DNA of 64,000 bases. Origin: Nageia nagi (taxonomy: Eukaryota; Plantae; Pinophyta). Of the stretch, positions 14,210 through 27,950 are shown one piece after another (position 1 is the stretch's first letter; each line of letters begins with the position of its first letter). The notes under the pieces were generated by a model. It was not told the DNA's origin. It saw only the letters and a list, made by a program, of their open reading frames with translations, and did not search any database. The stretch lies in assembly GCA_050084985.1 (NCBI GenBank), contig JBITNC010000001.1:184450001-184514000 (forward strand), in the 5' to 3' direction. A program made the position numbers and the translations under genes.

Positions 14210-14740
14210 AAGATGAGGATCTATAATCCATCATATATGGGTGTCTGCAATCCCTCAAAGATAGGAATTTGTAATCCCTAAAATATGAGCATCTACAATC
14301 CATAAATGATGAGTGTATGTAATAAACAAAATGAGCATCTAAATTTTTGAGATACTTTAATGATAAGCATCTAAATTCCTTAGATGATGATCATATAAAA
14401 GGTTAAATACCCTACCTTATGAGCATCTACAATCCCTCATAGATGAGCATATATAATACATTATAGAAAAGCATATATAATCCCTCATAGATGAGCATTT
14501 ATAATCCTTTACAAATGAGCATGTGCAATCCCTCATAGATGAGCATATACAATCCCTCATATATGAGCATATGCAATCCCTCATATATGAGCATCTAAAA
14601 TCCCTCACATATGAGCATCTACAATTCCTCATAGATGAGCATATGGAATTCTTAGTTTTCAAGCATCTGCAATCCCTTGCAAATGAGTGTTTACAATCCC
14701 TCATACATGAGCATCTACAATCCCTCACAAATGAGCATAT
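14210..14740. repeat. 24-bp tandem repeat gatgagcatctacaatccctcata upstream of the transposase
   Basis: Directly visible; it generates the 8-aa-periodic spurious ORFs 14417-14788(-) and 14523-14777(+). Confidence 0.9.
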
Positions 14741-16129
14741 GAGAGAAATTAAAAAGTTAAAATGTTGGTATATCTGATCAAATCTCATAAACTTTATATA
14801 TAGGGTATTATTGGTAATTTCATTAGCAAATAGTAAATTTTTTATTTATTTTCAAGGTGATTTCTTACAAAAATATAGGAGGTATAAGTGGCTATTTGCA
14901 CTTATATTTATAAAAAATTATAAAATGTTAGCAACCTAACCCATAATTTTTTTATTCTTGTAAAATTTGGGCTAAATGGTGCAATATTCAAGGTTTGAAT
15001 ATTTGAAATATTTAAATATAAAAAGAAACCTTTATTAGTCAATTGGAAAATATTCATCACTTTGCATAATGTTGTTGAAAATCCACCTCAAACTTTAAGA
15101 ACACATTACATACTTATAGATATGGTTGTAAAAATATATGGAAAATATCATGAAAGCTCAGCTGGAAATGAATTTGCACTTGATTATGAACTATATTTGA
15201 GAAGAAAAAAGTGTTGTATTTCTCTACAATATAAGAGAAAGAAAAGATTATCATGAGCAACCTTTATTACTAATCTTAGCTATGCAAGGGATTATGAATT
15301 CTACCACATCCTTATATTAAAATAACATGGTCATAGAAACAATCATTCAAATTTATTTCTTGCACAAGTTTAATATGGTAAGTTATGAACTGTAATAGTT
15401 TTGTATTTATATTTATCATGTTATTATTTATATGTTAATGTATACACTTATATCTATATTATGTTTTTGGTTTTGTAAATGATGAGGTTACAAAATAATG
15501 TCATCATAAAATATCATTTCATGGGGAATTATCTAATAGGAATCATCTTTTTCAATAGTAAATTTAAATTGAAAGAAATGATGTTTAATATATTAGTTTT
15601 TATTATTATCTTATGTATTAATTTAGTTTTACTCCAAGTGCTTAAGATGTATAAGGTTACTAGAGAGCCTTTCAAAACTCCCAAATTTGGTACTTTTCTA
15701 ATTTTATAAATAAATAAAATAAGATTTTTTATTTGTATTACTATAATAACTTCATGAAACCCAATTTCATAGTTGCTAAATATTACATCAATAAATTTTT
15801 TAAAATTGAATTTGACTCAAAACCAACTCAATTTCACTCTTACTTAATTCAATATATGAAATTTAGCCCTAAAAATATAAAATCTAAAATGGTTCTTACA
15901 ACTCCATAATAAGAAATCACATACACTATATATAGTAGGAGAGATACCATTGATGGAAGAAATAACTTGATTAATATAACATTAACAATTAACATGAAAA
16001 GTCTTATCAATAACTCCAAGCTCAAAATCACCCCTAAAGATTAGAAAAATTCTGCAATCTAACACTAGGTTGGGTTGAATTTTCAAAGAAATTATGTTTT
16101 TATCCTTTCCTTTATTCAATAAAATATCA

Positions 16130-17000
16130 TGGTAGTCAAAGGAAAACTCTACTTTTAATGTCTATATAATCACTTCACAATTCTATCATAATTGCTTGGT
16201 GATTTCATCATAATCACTTCATGTCACTCTATTTGGGCTCTATACTGATGAACTTGAAAAACTAATCTAAAAAACCTTAGGCCTAAGTATGGGTTATTTT
16301 TTTCATGATTCAATTATATTATTTTTTCTCTTTGTAGATGATTTTATTTTTCTATCTCATACAACAACTAAGCTTCAACATTAGGTTGACATAATGAGTG
16401 CTTAATGTGCTACTCATGGTCTCAAAGTTAAACTTAAAAATATTAAGGTGATATCCTTTAACATGTCAAGAGAATATTCTTCTAAATCCACCTTTGTTTC
16501 TAAGTGTAACCTATAGTAATAGTCACCCTGTACACATATTTGATTATACTCTTCATAAGTCCTACTTTTAGCTTGATTATAACCTCTTAGAATAGATTAA
16601 ATTAAGGTTGTAACTATAACACTTAAAAGATAATATTTTTAATTCTATTTTTAGCATATCATGAAAAAATATAAACTCTTCCATGCTTTTATCTCTCCAA
16701 GTTTGCTTTATGAATGTGAAATTTGGAGACCTAGCTTGCAACACTATGGTTGGGCTTACATTAAGAGGTCTTTGGTTAATATGTTCTCAAAATCCATTCA
16801 GTTCAAAATACTTATACCTCATTCCATCATTTTGTTGAATTTGATTCATACTTAATGTTGTATCTTATAAAATTCCATATTATTATAATTTTGAATAGGA
16901 TCCATCACTTGATTTTAACACTCCTACCTCAAAGAGATACCCTCTCTTAACACTCAAAGCATTAATAGAACTTGCAAATTTGTTGATGTTAGTACTCAAA
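16130..17000 (+). pseudogene. Truncated LINE RT fragment, paralogous to 19340-20200
   Basis: SxTLFGLYTDELE..FLFVDD and LLYECEIWRPSL are collinear with the downstream copy. Confidence 0.75.
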
Positions 17001-17379
17001 ATCCACCTATCTCATGTGATACATAGGTAAAAATTAAAATCAACATTAACATCATTTTCAACCTATTGGTTTGTAGGACCTATCATCTATTTTTTAATAT
17101 CACCAATGTAGGGTGTGAAAGTTAGACATAAAACCTTAAATTTGTGTGCATAGTGATTTCCTCCCTCTCAATGTATAGTTAAAATATTCATTGATGAATA
17201 CCTTACTTAATTGCAATATCAATAACTAAAAGGTAGAAAAAATAGAATGTTTAAAGCCACAAAAAAGGTAACTGGGTTATTTTTCAAAGTGGTAGAGTTT
17301 GGATATGTGATAACCCTCCTTCAAGATGGAATAAACCTTTTCCCATATTAGCATGATGTAGAGCATCAAGTCTTCATTC

Positions 17380-20300
17380 TCATATCAATATTATCATATG
17401 GAATTATGACAATTCCTTATTTCCTTTTCCAATATGGTAGTTGTTCACTTATGTTTCATATAATTGGTGATAAGGATCTCATTCTTCTTATCCAAACACA
17501 TGAAACATGCATGAATACCATTCTATACATGTTATTCTTGATTTTTTCTTACAAATAAAATAATCACTAATGAATCAAAGGCTTTGGGGTTATTTATTTC
17601 TTATGCAATGACCACATAACTCCATGCATATGTTTAGAATGCTTATATCTCCATGCTATATGCATATGGATTTCTCTTGATAGGAATTTAATATTTCATC
17701 ATCTTTACATTGTTATAAGTTATTTTTCTCTTACTTATTCATTGCACTACATTGTACATGATGTCAACTTATCCTACCTAAAGTTTTACCCTAGGATATT
17801 TAATTTTATTTATGTTATGTGATATCATGGTATTAGGAGATTTGAATTCACAAACAAGCACATCCCAATCCTATCTACATAATATTTCTTCATATCCTAT
17901 TCAAATATTAGAGATTAATCCCAATGAATTAGGAATAATACAATAGTTAGATGATGCTACGAAAAATAACATATTTTATTAAAAACACCTTTTCAACTTA
18001 GATGAAGTACATGAGTTAAGTATTTTAAATGGGATTTCTAATTTCCCTCAATCAAGATATTCTACATTTTTCCCTTTTTTTGGTGGTAGCAATATGGTTG
18101 ATTATGTTCTAAATAATCTTCTCTTCACCTTCTCTTTTATTAATCTTAATATATTCAATACTCCACCTCTATTTGATCATCATTATCTCACCCTTACCCT
18201 TCCACTTAACATACACCTCCCCACTCACCCCCCACTCTTTTCCCCAGTACCCCACACATATATTTTGATTGTAATATTAACTACATTTATACAAAAATAC
18301 AAAATAAATATCTCTCCTACCTCCACTTCATACAATACCCCATCTCATAGTGGATTTTTTTCTCTATATCCCTTTTTTTCATACACCATTGAATCCTTCT
18401 CTCATATGATCAACACCCCATCCCCTTATCCTCACAATGGTCATTACCCCATAACTCATGGTTTAATAATGAATTCAAGACCCTGCATAAACTCACCTAT
18501 TTAATTATATAATGGAACCCTTGTATAGCTAAAGAGGCCTAAATAATATATTGTAACCTCCTTAAAAATAAGAAAAGATAATACACTATTGTGAAAAGAT
18601 TAAAAATCATCCATATGTTGAAGATAAATGATAAAATATTTTGGTTTTCCTTTATTCTTAAGTCTCTCCTATGGTTTATCATTCACCTAGAAATATATTC
18701 CACCTATTCCTACACCCTGCACAATGTATCAAATCAGCCCTCCATTATTCCCAACTCTCAACCTCATCCTTACCACTTCTTCATTGATCAAATGGTCATG
18801 TGAGCTATTCATAAATTCCCAATTGGTAAAGTGGTTGACTTTAAAAAGTTAAGTGTTAAATTTCTTAAGTACAATTCTATAGTTTTGTATTTCCATATTG
18901 TTAAAACATTGAAATACATATCTTCTCATGGTATTCCCCATCTAGGACCTCCAATATCTTCCATCATATTTAGAAATTTAAAAATCCATTCAACCTTAGC
19001 AACTATGGAACAATTATGGTCAGCCAAACCCTAACAAAAGTCTTTTCCATGACTCTTAATGAGTTGATACATGACTTTGTTAAAATGCATAATATTTGTG
19101 TATCAATTCAAGCTAGCTTTTGTAGAAAGTACTTCATTATTAACCATATCCTCACTCTATGGGCCATCATTGAAGAAGCTTGAGCCAAAAAATATAAGGT
19201 TTATTATTACTTTAGTGACTTCCATAAATCCTTTAATACTATCCCTAGATAGATCCTATTCTAGATACTTGAGAACATAAGGTTCCATACATATTTCATA
19301 TCCCATGTCATGATATTATATGAACTTGTGGTTGGCCAAATTCAAGTAATTTTCCACTCATCTAATATAGTCTATAACATTATTGATGTAAAACCCCTTT
19401 CACCTACTCTATTTAAGTTTTACATTGATGAAATTGAAAAACCAATATCAAACACCTTAGGAACCAAGTTTCAATTATTTCTTAAATGATTCCATTATCT
19501 CAAATTTTTCTCTTTGTAGATGAAATCATTTTTTTATCTCATACAATAGTTGGAATCAAATGTCATGTTAAAACCTTCACTACATTTTATGTTACACATA
19601 GTCTCTAAGTTAATCCTAAAAAGATAAAGGTAATTTCCTTTAATATATCAAGATTAAAGGCCTCCAATACCCACCTAACTTTCTAAGGTCAACCTATTGA
19701 GATAGTGATTTTTTACAACTATTTAGGTGTTCTCTTCACAAAACCTACTTCTAGCTTGATACTAACATCCTAGAACATATTGAAAAAAGACTATGCTACA
19801 ATAGACACACTCAATATATAATATTTTCAACTCTATTTCTAGAATATCATGGTAATAATTAAATGTTTTCATATGCTTTTCTCTCTAACCTCACATTATA
19901 GATGTGAAGTTTTAGGACCTAGCTTGAGACACCTTGGTTGTGTTTACATCACAAGGGTTTTGGTAAAAATTCTCTCAAGATCCACTCAATATAAAATAAT
20001 TATACCACATACCATCATTTTAGTTAAATTTTATGCATACCACATGTTTTCTCTTATAGTATTCCATTTTATTGAACTTGTTAATTGAATCCATCATATG
20101 ATTTCAACATCTTTTAACTCAAATAGATAGTCTCTTTTAGTCCTCAAATGTTTAATGAAACTTATAAGTAAAGTTATTCATTGGTATTGGTTCTCAAATT
20201 CCACCTCTCTTTTGAGATCCATAAGCCTACATATCAAGTGAGGTTATCCCTCTTAACTCCTAAATATGAATTCTAATCCTTCTACCCAAGATATCATAAA

Positions 20301-20700
20301 AAAGATCAAGAAGGAAATCTAATCAGCTTACCGAAGGAAAAATTGGATTGAAATAAAGAAAATGATTTCACAAAAGCTCTTGTATTAGATTTAGATTATG
20401 TGAAACTATATAATTATGATATTATTATCCAAGAAAGGGTTTGCTCACACTACCTCTATATCTAGACATACCACCATATCCTTAGAAACCAACGTATATG
20501 CACACTATTGAGCATGAAACCAAAGACAAAAGTATTTAATTTTCATTTATCCCATATACTATAAAATTTAAGGTGAGTTTTATTTCTTATACAAAGGTAC
20601 TCATACTTTGAAATTATGAATAAATTATGAAGAACAAAAATGCATCATACTCTATATCAGATAATCCATCCATCTCATATGAAAAGTGATGATTGATAGA
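17380..20700 (+). mobile_element. Degenerate LINE ORF2 (APE endonuclease + RT)
   Basis: APE motifs DLILLIQTHE, DIMVLGDLNS, ILNG, MVDYVL, FDHH; RT motifs QAxFxRKY, DFHKSFNTIP, LSPTLF, LFVDE, YLGV. Confidence 0.85.
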
Positions 20701-21399
20701 TATTACAAAAAAAAAGCTCCAAACTTATCATATTTTATTATCAACCATAGTAAACTACAAATTTAAAGCTTCATATGAACCCTAAATACTCTAGAAGGAT
20801 TACCTGTCATCTCATTACTTTTAAACCTACTATGGTTACTATTGATTGAAATTATGCAATATTTATATGCCCATGAATTGCAACCAAATGAGCTACTATG
20901 GATGGACTACTTTTCAAAGTTAAACCATTATTACATCAAAATGATTTCTATTTATAGGAAAAAATTCATTAAATATCTAAAAATACTAACTCATACTTGA
21001 CTATTGCTATTGGCCATCGATCACTTACATTCAAAGAGAACTATCACTAACTTATAGGGTTTTTCAGAATACTATAGTATTCCCTTCATATGGCATATAT
21101 GGTATTCTTTCTATGGTGGTTGTCTATGTATGTTTAATCCCTCAAACTAACCTCTTGCTAACTATCAACATGGTAATTTCTCCTTTTGCATTTAATATCA
21201 TCTTTAAAACCTTACCAAATGAGTTAAATAGGTTTTTGAACTCTACATGTCTAGTAATGGATGAACTATGGATTTTCACCTCCTTATGGGATTTATACTC
21301 TATTTTATTATGATTATTTCTTATAACACTAATTTTAAACTATCTACTTGGCCTCAGTAAAGTTGGTTATATTATATATAGGTTTTTTGGACTCTTGCA

Positions 21400-24300
21400 T
21401 ATCCTGTTAAAACTTCAACTTGGACTCCAAACTCTCTCATGATATTTACTACTTTGTTGTTGATGCCATCTATCTCTTGGGCTTAGAATTAGTACAAAAA
21501 TTAGTTTAATGGACTTACTAATGTCATAATTTTATCCTTCAAGCTTTTGGATCCTTAACTTATTATGTTTTCTTTATCTATACTTTTTATTAGTATCCAA
21601 GATAAATATGTTTGAAAACATATCCTTTATACCCCTAGAACTTAGTGTAAAATTTGATAACTTGACCTTGTTGATGTTGTTGTTTCAGTTCCAACCCATA
21701 TGTCCTTCTTATTTCTTTTCTTGAGTATCTTTCTTAGTTATGTTGATATCATTAGCTTCACATCTTTAAGGATTAATGTAAATTACATCCACTTTATTTT
21801 ATTGATATCACTTGATTATATTTATCTTGGATTTCTTACTTGCTAATACTTAGTGTATTTTATGCTCCTCTTCTCATAAATGCCTCCCTTAACCTATTTG
21901 TTAATGTCATCATACAACAACACTTTATTATTTTTATTCTTATCCTAGGTTAGTATTGGGAATAATTTCTCTGATATAATCCAACTCTTTTTATTTGAAT
22001 CCAAAAAAAATATATACAAATAATGAATTAATGAAAATTTCATATGCAAAGAATGAATAATGAATTTGGTATATTTATATACATTTTATGGCTCTTAGGG
22101 GAGACCTTTGCCACAAAATTATTGAACTCAAACTTAAGTGATCCCTTGTATCATACTCAAAATGGTTGTAACTGATTCCAATTCCTTAGCTTGTAGATCC
22201 AAAAATGTAGCCATGCTACACTCTATTGCTAGTACTTTATTAATTTTCTTATATGAAATGACTCTATATTTTTGTGCTACCTCCCATATTTGTTGTAACA
22301 AATGCTTGATTCTCTTCTATTTTTTAGGGGCTATCATATGGCTTCCAAAATATTGGGATGCCCTTAGTGATAAGGGTATTCAGACCTTCTTGAATTTCCT
22401 ATAGCTCTTAAGTTCTATTTCATATTATTGGGATTCCACCACTACATTCTCTACCTTCATTAGTTTGATGAACTATATCAATGCCTTATTTTTATCAATG
22501 TGGGTGGCCTATAACTCAAAATTTGGAGCTTGGTTAATGATTTGGATAATTGCTTGAGCTTCCCCTTTCTTCTAATTAGTAGATATTTACACTCGATCAA
22601 ACTCAAGATGAAGCTCGGTAAGTGCTCCTTTACTATTTTGTACATAATCAAATAATGAAGTTAAATTCTTTAATTTTTTGGCTATTTTGGTTGATATTTT
22701 TGCTTAATCCTAGCCAATATATTGATTTTAAAACTAATCATGCTCTATAAAGATAGAATCAATTGACTTAAGTCCTTAATATTTTTATCCTTAGGAGCTA
22801 GAATTTTTTTTTGATTTGTCAGTTCCATATCATTCTGGTCGATTGCATTCTACTCAATAGCTATATGTGTATCTTTTTTAGTCAACTTAGTCACTTTATC
22901 ATCCAATTCATTCATTATTTTCATTAACTTGGTATCCTTATTAAATAATGCATTTGTCACTACCATTAATTTGGTATCTTTCTAATTTAATTTTGCTATC
23001 TTGGTTATAATATTTGCATTCCTTTGCTTGAGACTTTTATCCCTTTGAGCCACCACTATTTTCATTTCTGCTAATTGTTTCATAGCTTATGCTAATGTTG
23101 AACTCTTTCCACTAAGACTTCCTCCTTTTATTTTAATTCACCCTTGGATGGAGCTTGATTAATGAAAAATATTAAGTCTTTAATCTTGTTATTTAGAGCC
23201 TTATTTAAATCCTTTTTTGGTATTCATCTATGTGTAAAGGAGGGCTCTTTTCTCTGCTTCTTTCTCATATTTATTCTCATACCAACTAGCATCACTCTTG
23301 ATGAGGTTTATAGATGTTTGTAAGAATTTATTCTTGTCCTCCCAAGTTATACTTGCATAATCCTACTCAATAATTGTATTTATCACTCCTTGCATGGTTT
23401 ATCCCAAGGAAGTGTCTTCTATGATTTTCATTTGCAATTTCTATCTCTTGGGATCAATTTGGATCTATGACTAGATTTAGCATTTTGGGGATAGAATAGT
23501 CTTGAAATTTTTCTCTTCTTAGCTCTCTTATTATTTATTCTTAGATTGGTATTATTGGAATATTTCATTGGTTGAAACTTATTTCCCATCGATTGATATG
23601 AAGGGAAAAATAATGAAGGATGAGGTTTTCACTCTGTGAGATGTATAAATTTTTTCTATAAGGGTCCAAGTCCTTATGGATGAGATACTAACTAAAGGGG
23701 ATTCAATTAGTCTAGTGGATATGCTTTAAGGGCTTATGATGGTGTTTGGTGGGTGGGTGGGTAGAGGTATTGGGAGAGGGCTTGGAATTGAATAGACAAT
23801 AATGAATTATTATGAAGTAGGGCTAGTGGGAATTTAGAAAGAAGATTGAGTTAGATTTTGTGTGCCTAGGGTTGTATCAATTCCATCTTAGGGATGCTTA
23901 CTCTTCTTTGAGATCTAGCCTTCACCCTCCTTATTATCACTCTTTTCATAATAACACAAACATTTCTTTGATGGGTCCTTACTTTCTTAGGATTGAGGTT
24001 ATTCTTTTGAACTCCTTTTCTTATGGTGATGGTGCTAGGACTTGTTTTCTTTTATATACTTTTGTGCCTCCTTTGTTATGCAAGAGGACTTGACTCCTTA
24101 GGATATATATCCTAGAATTCCTATGATGAGCCTTAGTTTAAGTTTGGGTTTGACACCCCTTATTTAATCTCTTACTATTCTTCTTCATATTTTTCATCTT
24201 CATATTCTTGATCAAATAATTTTTTGAATTGTTGATCCATGTCATTTTCCCATGCTACAATATTAGTGCCAAACTCAATGTAGTATTAAATGAAAGATTG

Positions 24301-25560
24301 TTTCTTTTATATTGACCACCCACTCTCTCCTAAGAGCTTCATTAGAGCTTTCCCCAATCGGGGTTTGATCAAATAATTTTTTTTTTAACTTTTGGATAAA
24401 AGTCTCTCCATGCTAGAAGAGCCTCTATTATAGTTATATTGTTTGGTATTTGGGGCTTGAACTCAATCTTATTTCTTCATTTATCAACCTTTGGTTGTGA
24501 GCTACTAATATATTTGTTTAATTTTTTATTCAATACTTGTATTCTCTTGATAAAAGATGGTTCATATCATACTTGCAACTATCTTAAATATCCTATAACT
24601 TCAAATTATCATTTTACTTTTAATTTCAAAATGGACATCCTTCTATATAATAATTATATCTTGATATTAAAAGGAAGGTTATGCAATGAGACCTTATTTA
24701 CAATGTCATATTCTAAATCAATATAATCTAATTATCTACTAAAATCCAAGCTAAAGACTCTATATATGATTGTAAATAATGGGAGCAATATGGTCCTTCC
24801 CCTAAAACCATATAATTTTATGATTATACTCCTATTTATGAAGTACCAATACCTATTTTCCATATTCTTAGTTCTCAAAGATGCTAAGACTTGAAATGAC
24901 AATTTGGGCATCACTTGCCCAAAAATCAAATACATCATCAATCCTATAAAGTGATTTACAAATTCATACTAATTATTAAATTCCATGAGAAACTATTATT
25001 AAATTCCATGAGAAACTATTATTAAATTCCATGAGAAACTATCTATTTATCTATTGGAAACCTTAACCCATATTGATACTTTATCTTTAAAGAGACATTT
25101 TTCAATTAGTCCACCATGTTTCTTGAGATGTATTTTAGCTAGTTGAATATGAACTACTTCAAAGTATGGTTAATGGTATGTACCAAGGATATTTGGTAGT
25201 GCAAAATTAATTTATCTTGCATTTCGCCTAATACTATAGCCAACATGGAATACACCATATGCATGCCATCAAATAAGTTGGAGATGGGAAACTCTTCTTT
25301 GGGCATCTCCTTATGGGGCAGCATCATGCTAGACTCTTTGTAGCTTTTAACCAACTAGATTAGCATGTGGTTTCCATAGTATTTCATTTGTTCCCCGATG
25401 TCTATACTTTTTGGTGTGTATGAAATTTTGGTGCTGCTAGATCTTATGAGATTATTTTTTCTAAAAAATCTAGAATTATTTATCCATTTGCAGGTCTCAC
25501 CATTCTTTTTTTTTGAACTAGATAGATCTTGGATCAACTTGATTAGTTCTTGATCTAATA
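21400..25560 (-). pseudogene. Long decayed extra ORF of a gypsy-type element (conserved N-terminal domain, Pro-rich linker, coiled coil)
   Basis: Minus-strand fragments such as YWYFINRSIIIKLYGFRGRTILLPLF..RVFSLDF and coding-like purine bias. Assignment is from remembered conifer retroelement extra ORFs. Confidence 0.45.
24972..25040. repeat. Perfect 3 x 23-bp tandem repeat attattaaattccatgagaaact
   Basis: Three identical copies read directly. Confidence 0.95.
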
Positions 25561-25829
25561 AAACATGTTGTTTTGATTATATATTCAAGTTGATAGATTA
25601 TTAAACATTCATAATTAGTGGGTTTTCTTCTATTAGTATAAGGAACAACTAGTATAAGTTTCATAGCTTTTCATTAATGTATTTATGTAATTTATTAACC
25701 AATCTATAAGATTAATGGGAATATATTATTCTTAGTCAATATTTTGTTTTCTTGTACTCCACATGGATTATTCTATTGAATTCTTCTAGACTATATATTG
25801 TACTTTATTTAACAATGAATACAATAAAT

Positions 25830-26075
25830 ATAGTGTATAACATTCTATCACTACTGGATGATGTATTTGATATTCTTAAAAAATATAATTTGATATTGAA
25901 ACCATAAACATGTATTTTTGGTGTTACTTCAGGAAACTTATTGGGTTTCATGGTTTCAAAAAGAGGAATTTATGTTGATCCCAAAAAATTAAAAGTTATA
26001 ATTAGTATGCCACCTCCCAAAAATATCAAGTAGCTAAAGATTCTCCAAGGTAAAATTAATTTAGTAAGGAAATTT
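25830..26075 (+). pseudogene. Gypsy RT C-terminal fragment
   Basis: VFDILKKYNLILKPxTCIFGVTSGNLLGFMVSKRGIYVDPKKLKVIISMPPPKNIK; similar to 31140-31340. Confidence 0.85.
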
Positions 26076-26289
26076 ACTTTTCATCCAATGGAATGAAATT
26101 TCTTTCTTCAATATTTTTGTGATCAACCTTATGATTCTGATAAAGTATTGGATGAATCTCCTTACAAAGTTTACTTGGGCTAAGAATGATTGTAAATATT
26201 TCTTATTTGAGGGAAGATTTAACTTAAAGATAAAATTTACATGGTCAAAATCAATAAACCATCCTTATTTAGAGATGATGTGTCACAAC

Positions 26290-26821
26290 TTTTGGAATGT
26301 ATAATGCATTATTGTAAGATATATTAATGTAATTCACTTAAATAGCAAATATGATAATGTAAATTCACTAATACTTAAAAGTGTCCCTAAATACCTTTTA
26401 AGTATTTGTGAATATGATAATGTAACTTGTTCTACACTCCATCTCCTAAGCATGCCCCTTGGGTAAAAGGTTAATGCATGTCATGACATTGTATGATGGT
26501 TAAAAGGGTGATCTAAGGTAGGATTTTGGCCTATAAATAGAAGGCCCTCTACTTGAGATCACTCACTTGAGTTTGTAACAAAGTTATGCTCTTATTTAGT
26601 CTTTAGGAGAAGTGAGAATGAGTTATTTTAAGAGAGTGCTCTTTGAGAATAAGATGTTATATTCATGGATGTACTCCCATGGTTGGAGGAACAACTTTAC
26701 ATTGGTTTCCTCTTATGTGGATGCTACTTCATGTTTATATTCTTAATGCTTATGGAAATTGAGAGAGTCTTCATGTGATCTTGGGTAATTAGGATTTAGT
26801 CTTAATAGGCTTGTTCCTTCA
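26290..26821 (+). repeat. Ty1/copia-family 5' LTR, related to the LTRs at 47121 and 54202
   Basis: Collinear with those LTRs (gaatatgataatgtaa..gagcatgccc..ggcctataaatagaaggccctc); ends ..ccttca; contains TATA ctataaata. Confidence 0.85.
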
Positions 26822-26822
26822 T

Positions 26823-26836
26823 TTGGTATTAGAGCC
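26823..26836 (+). promoter_or_regulatory. tRNA-iMet primer binding site
   Basis: tggtattagagcc is one mismatch from TGGTATCAGAGCC, directly after the LTR. Confidence 0.85.
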
Positions 26837-27271
26837 ATACTTGGAGGCTCCTCTTCAACATCCTTGGAAGCTCTTCATCCTACTCCTTCCATATTTGGAG
26901 GTTCACATTCATTCTTTTGAGGAAAAATCAAGTGAAGTTATAACCACTTATCCTTTATTTTTCAAATTTTTTTATGATTATATTAGTTCAAATTTTGTTT
27001 AGAAGAATTTTATTAAAAGTAGAAACATATTGTTATGCAATTCCTTGTTTGTACTAACATTTTTTATGTTAGTTTCAATTTTTTTTTTAAGTTTCTTAAT
27101 ATATTACTATAATTTTAATTTTTAAATTTTTTTGCATATCTTTAGTTTAGAGATTTTTTTATATATCAAAATGTATATGAAAAAATACAATACATTGAAA
27201 AAGGGATTTATTAAAAAAATAATAAGAAGGGGGGAGTTGCCTTTTTTTCTTCTTCAAGGCATTTATATTTT

Positions 27272-27304
<33 letters not shown>

Positions 27305-27424
27305 ACATGTTGCTAAATAAAAATAAATGCAATTTTTTTTAAATAATAAAAAAACTTTCAACTATAATTTTTTTAGGGTGGCCTTTATTTTTAAGGAGAA
27401 GCCTATCCTCTAATCAAATTCATA

Positions 27425-27950
27425 GGTATATCATGGGCATATATCAAAATCATGCTTGGAGTATATAGATTCCTCCAACAACACTTTTTTCCTAATCTTA
27501 TCGCTTTGCTTGGCTATATGATGGGCATATATCAAAATCCATCACTCAACCTCCATCATACTCCACCACTTCATTGATATATATCATGGGCATATATTGA
27601 AGCTATATCATGGGCTTATATCTAAAACTATGAAATTTTTTGAAATTTTAGGCAAGGATATATGATGGGCATATATCAGATATATCATGGGCATATATCA
27701 GATATATCATGGGCATATATCAAATACATCATGGGTGTATAACAAGAAAGAAGAATTATTTTGAAATTTTTGGACAAGATATATCATAGGTGTGTAATAA
27801 TTTTATCTTGTGCATATAGTAATTATATCATGGGCATATAGTGAGAAATATGAAAAAAATTAAAATTTTAGTATGACATATATTATGGGTGTATAGTAAG
27901 AATTAAAAATAAATTTTAATCTATATTTTGAGACTTATCATGGGCCTATA
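27425..27950. repeat. 5' subterminal repeats tatatcatgggcatatatca
   Basis: More than ten copies, some in 20-bp tandem. Confidence 0.9.

Larger units (their letters stand above)
6300..15100. mobile_element. Degenerate DNA transposon with ZNF862-like hAT transposase and accessory gene; boundaries approximate, TIRs not identified
   Basis: Transposase remnant on the minus strand, a converging plus-strand accessory gene, and a shared GATGATCATCTA/GATGAGCATCTA motif array at four sites. Confidence 0.55.

Noticed and set aside
14417-14788. Cys-rich (MRDCxCS)n ORF and the opposite-strand (EHxQSLI)n ORF
   Set aside because: By-products of a 24-bp tandem repeat whose length is a multiple of three; no evidence of a protein.
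27425-27950. Spaced ~20-bp repeats resembling a CRISPR array (also 6560-6950)
   Set aside because: Eukaryotic TE context, irregular spacing, non-unique spacers and no cas genes.
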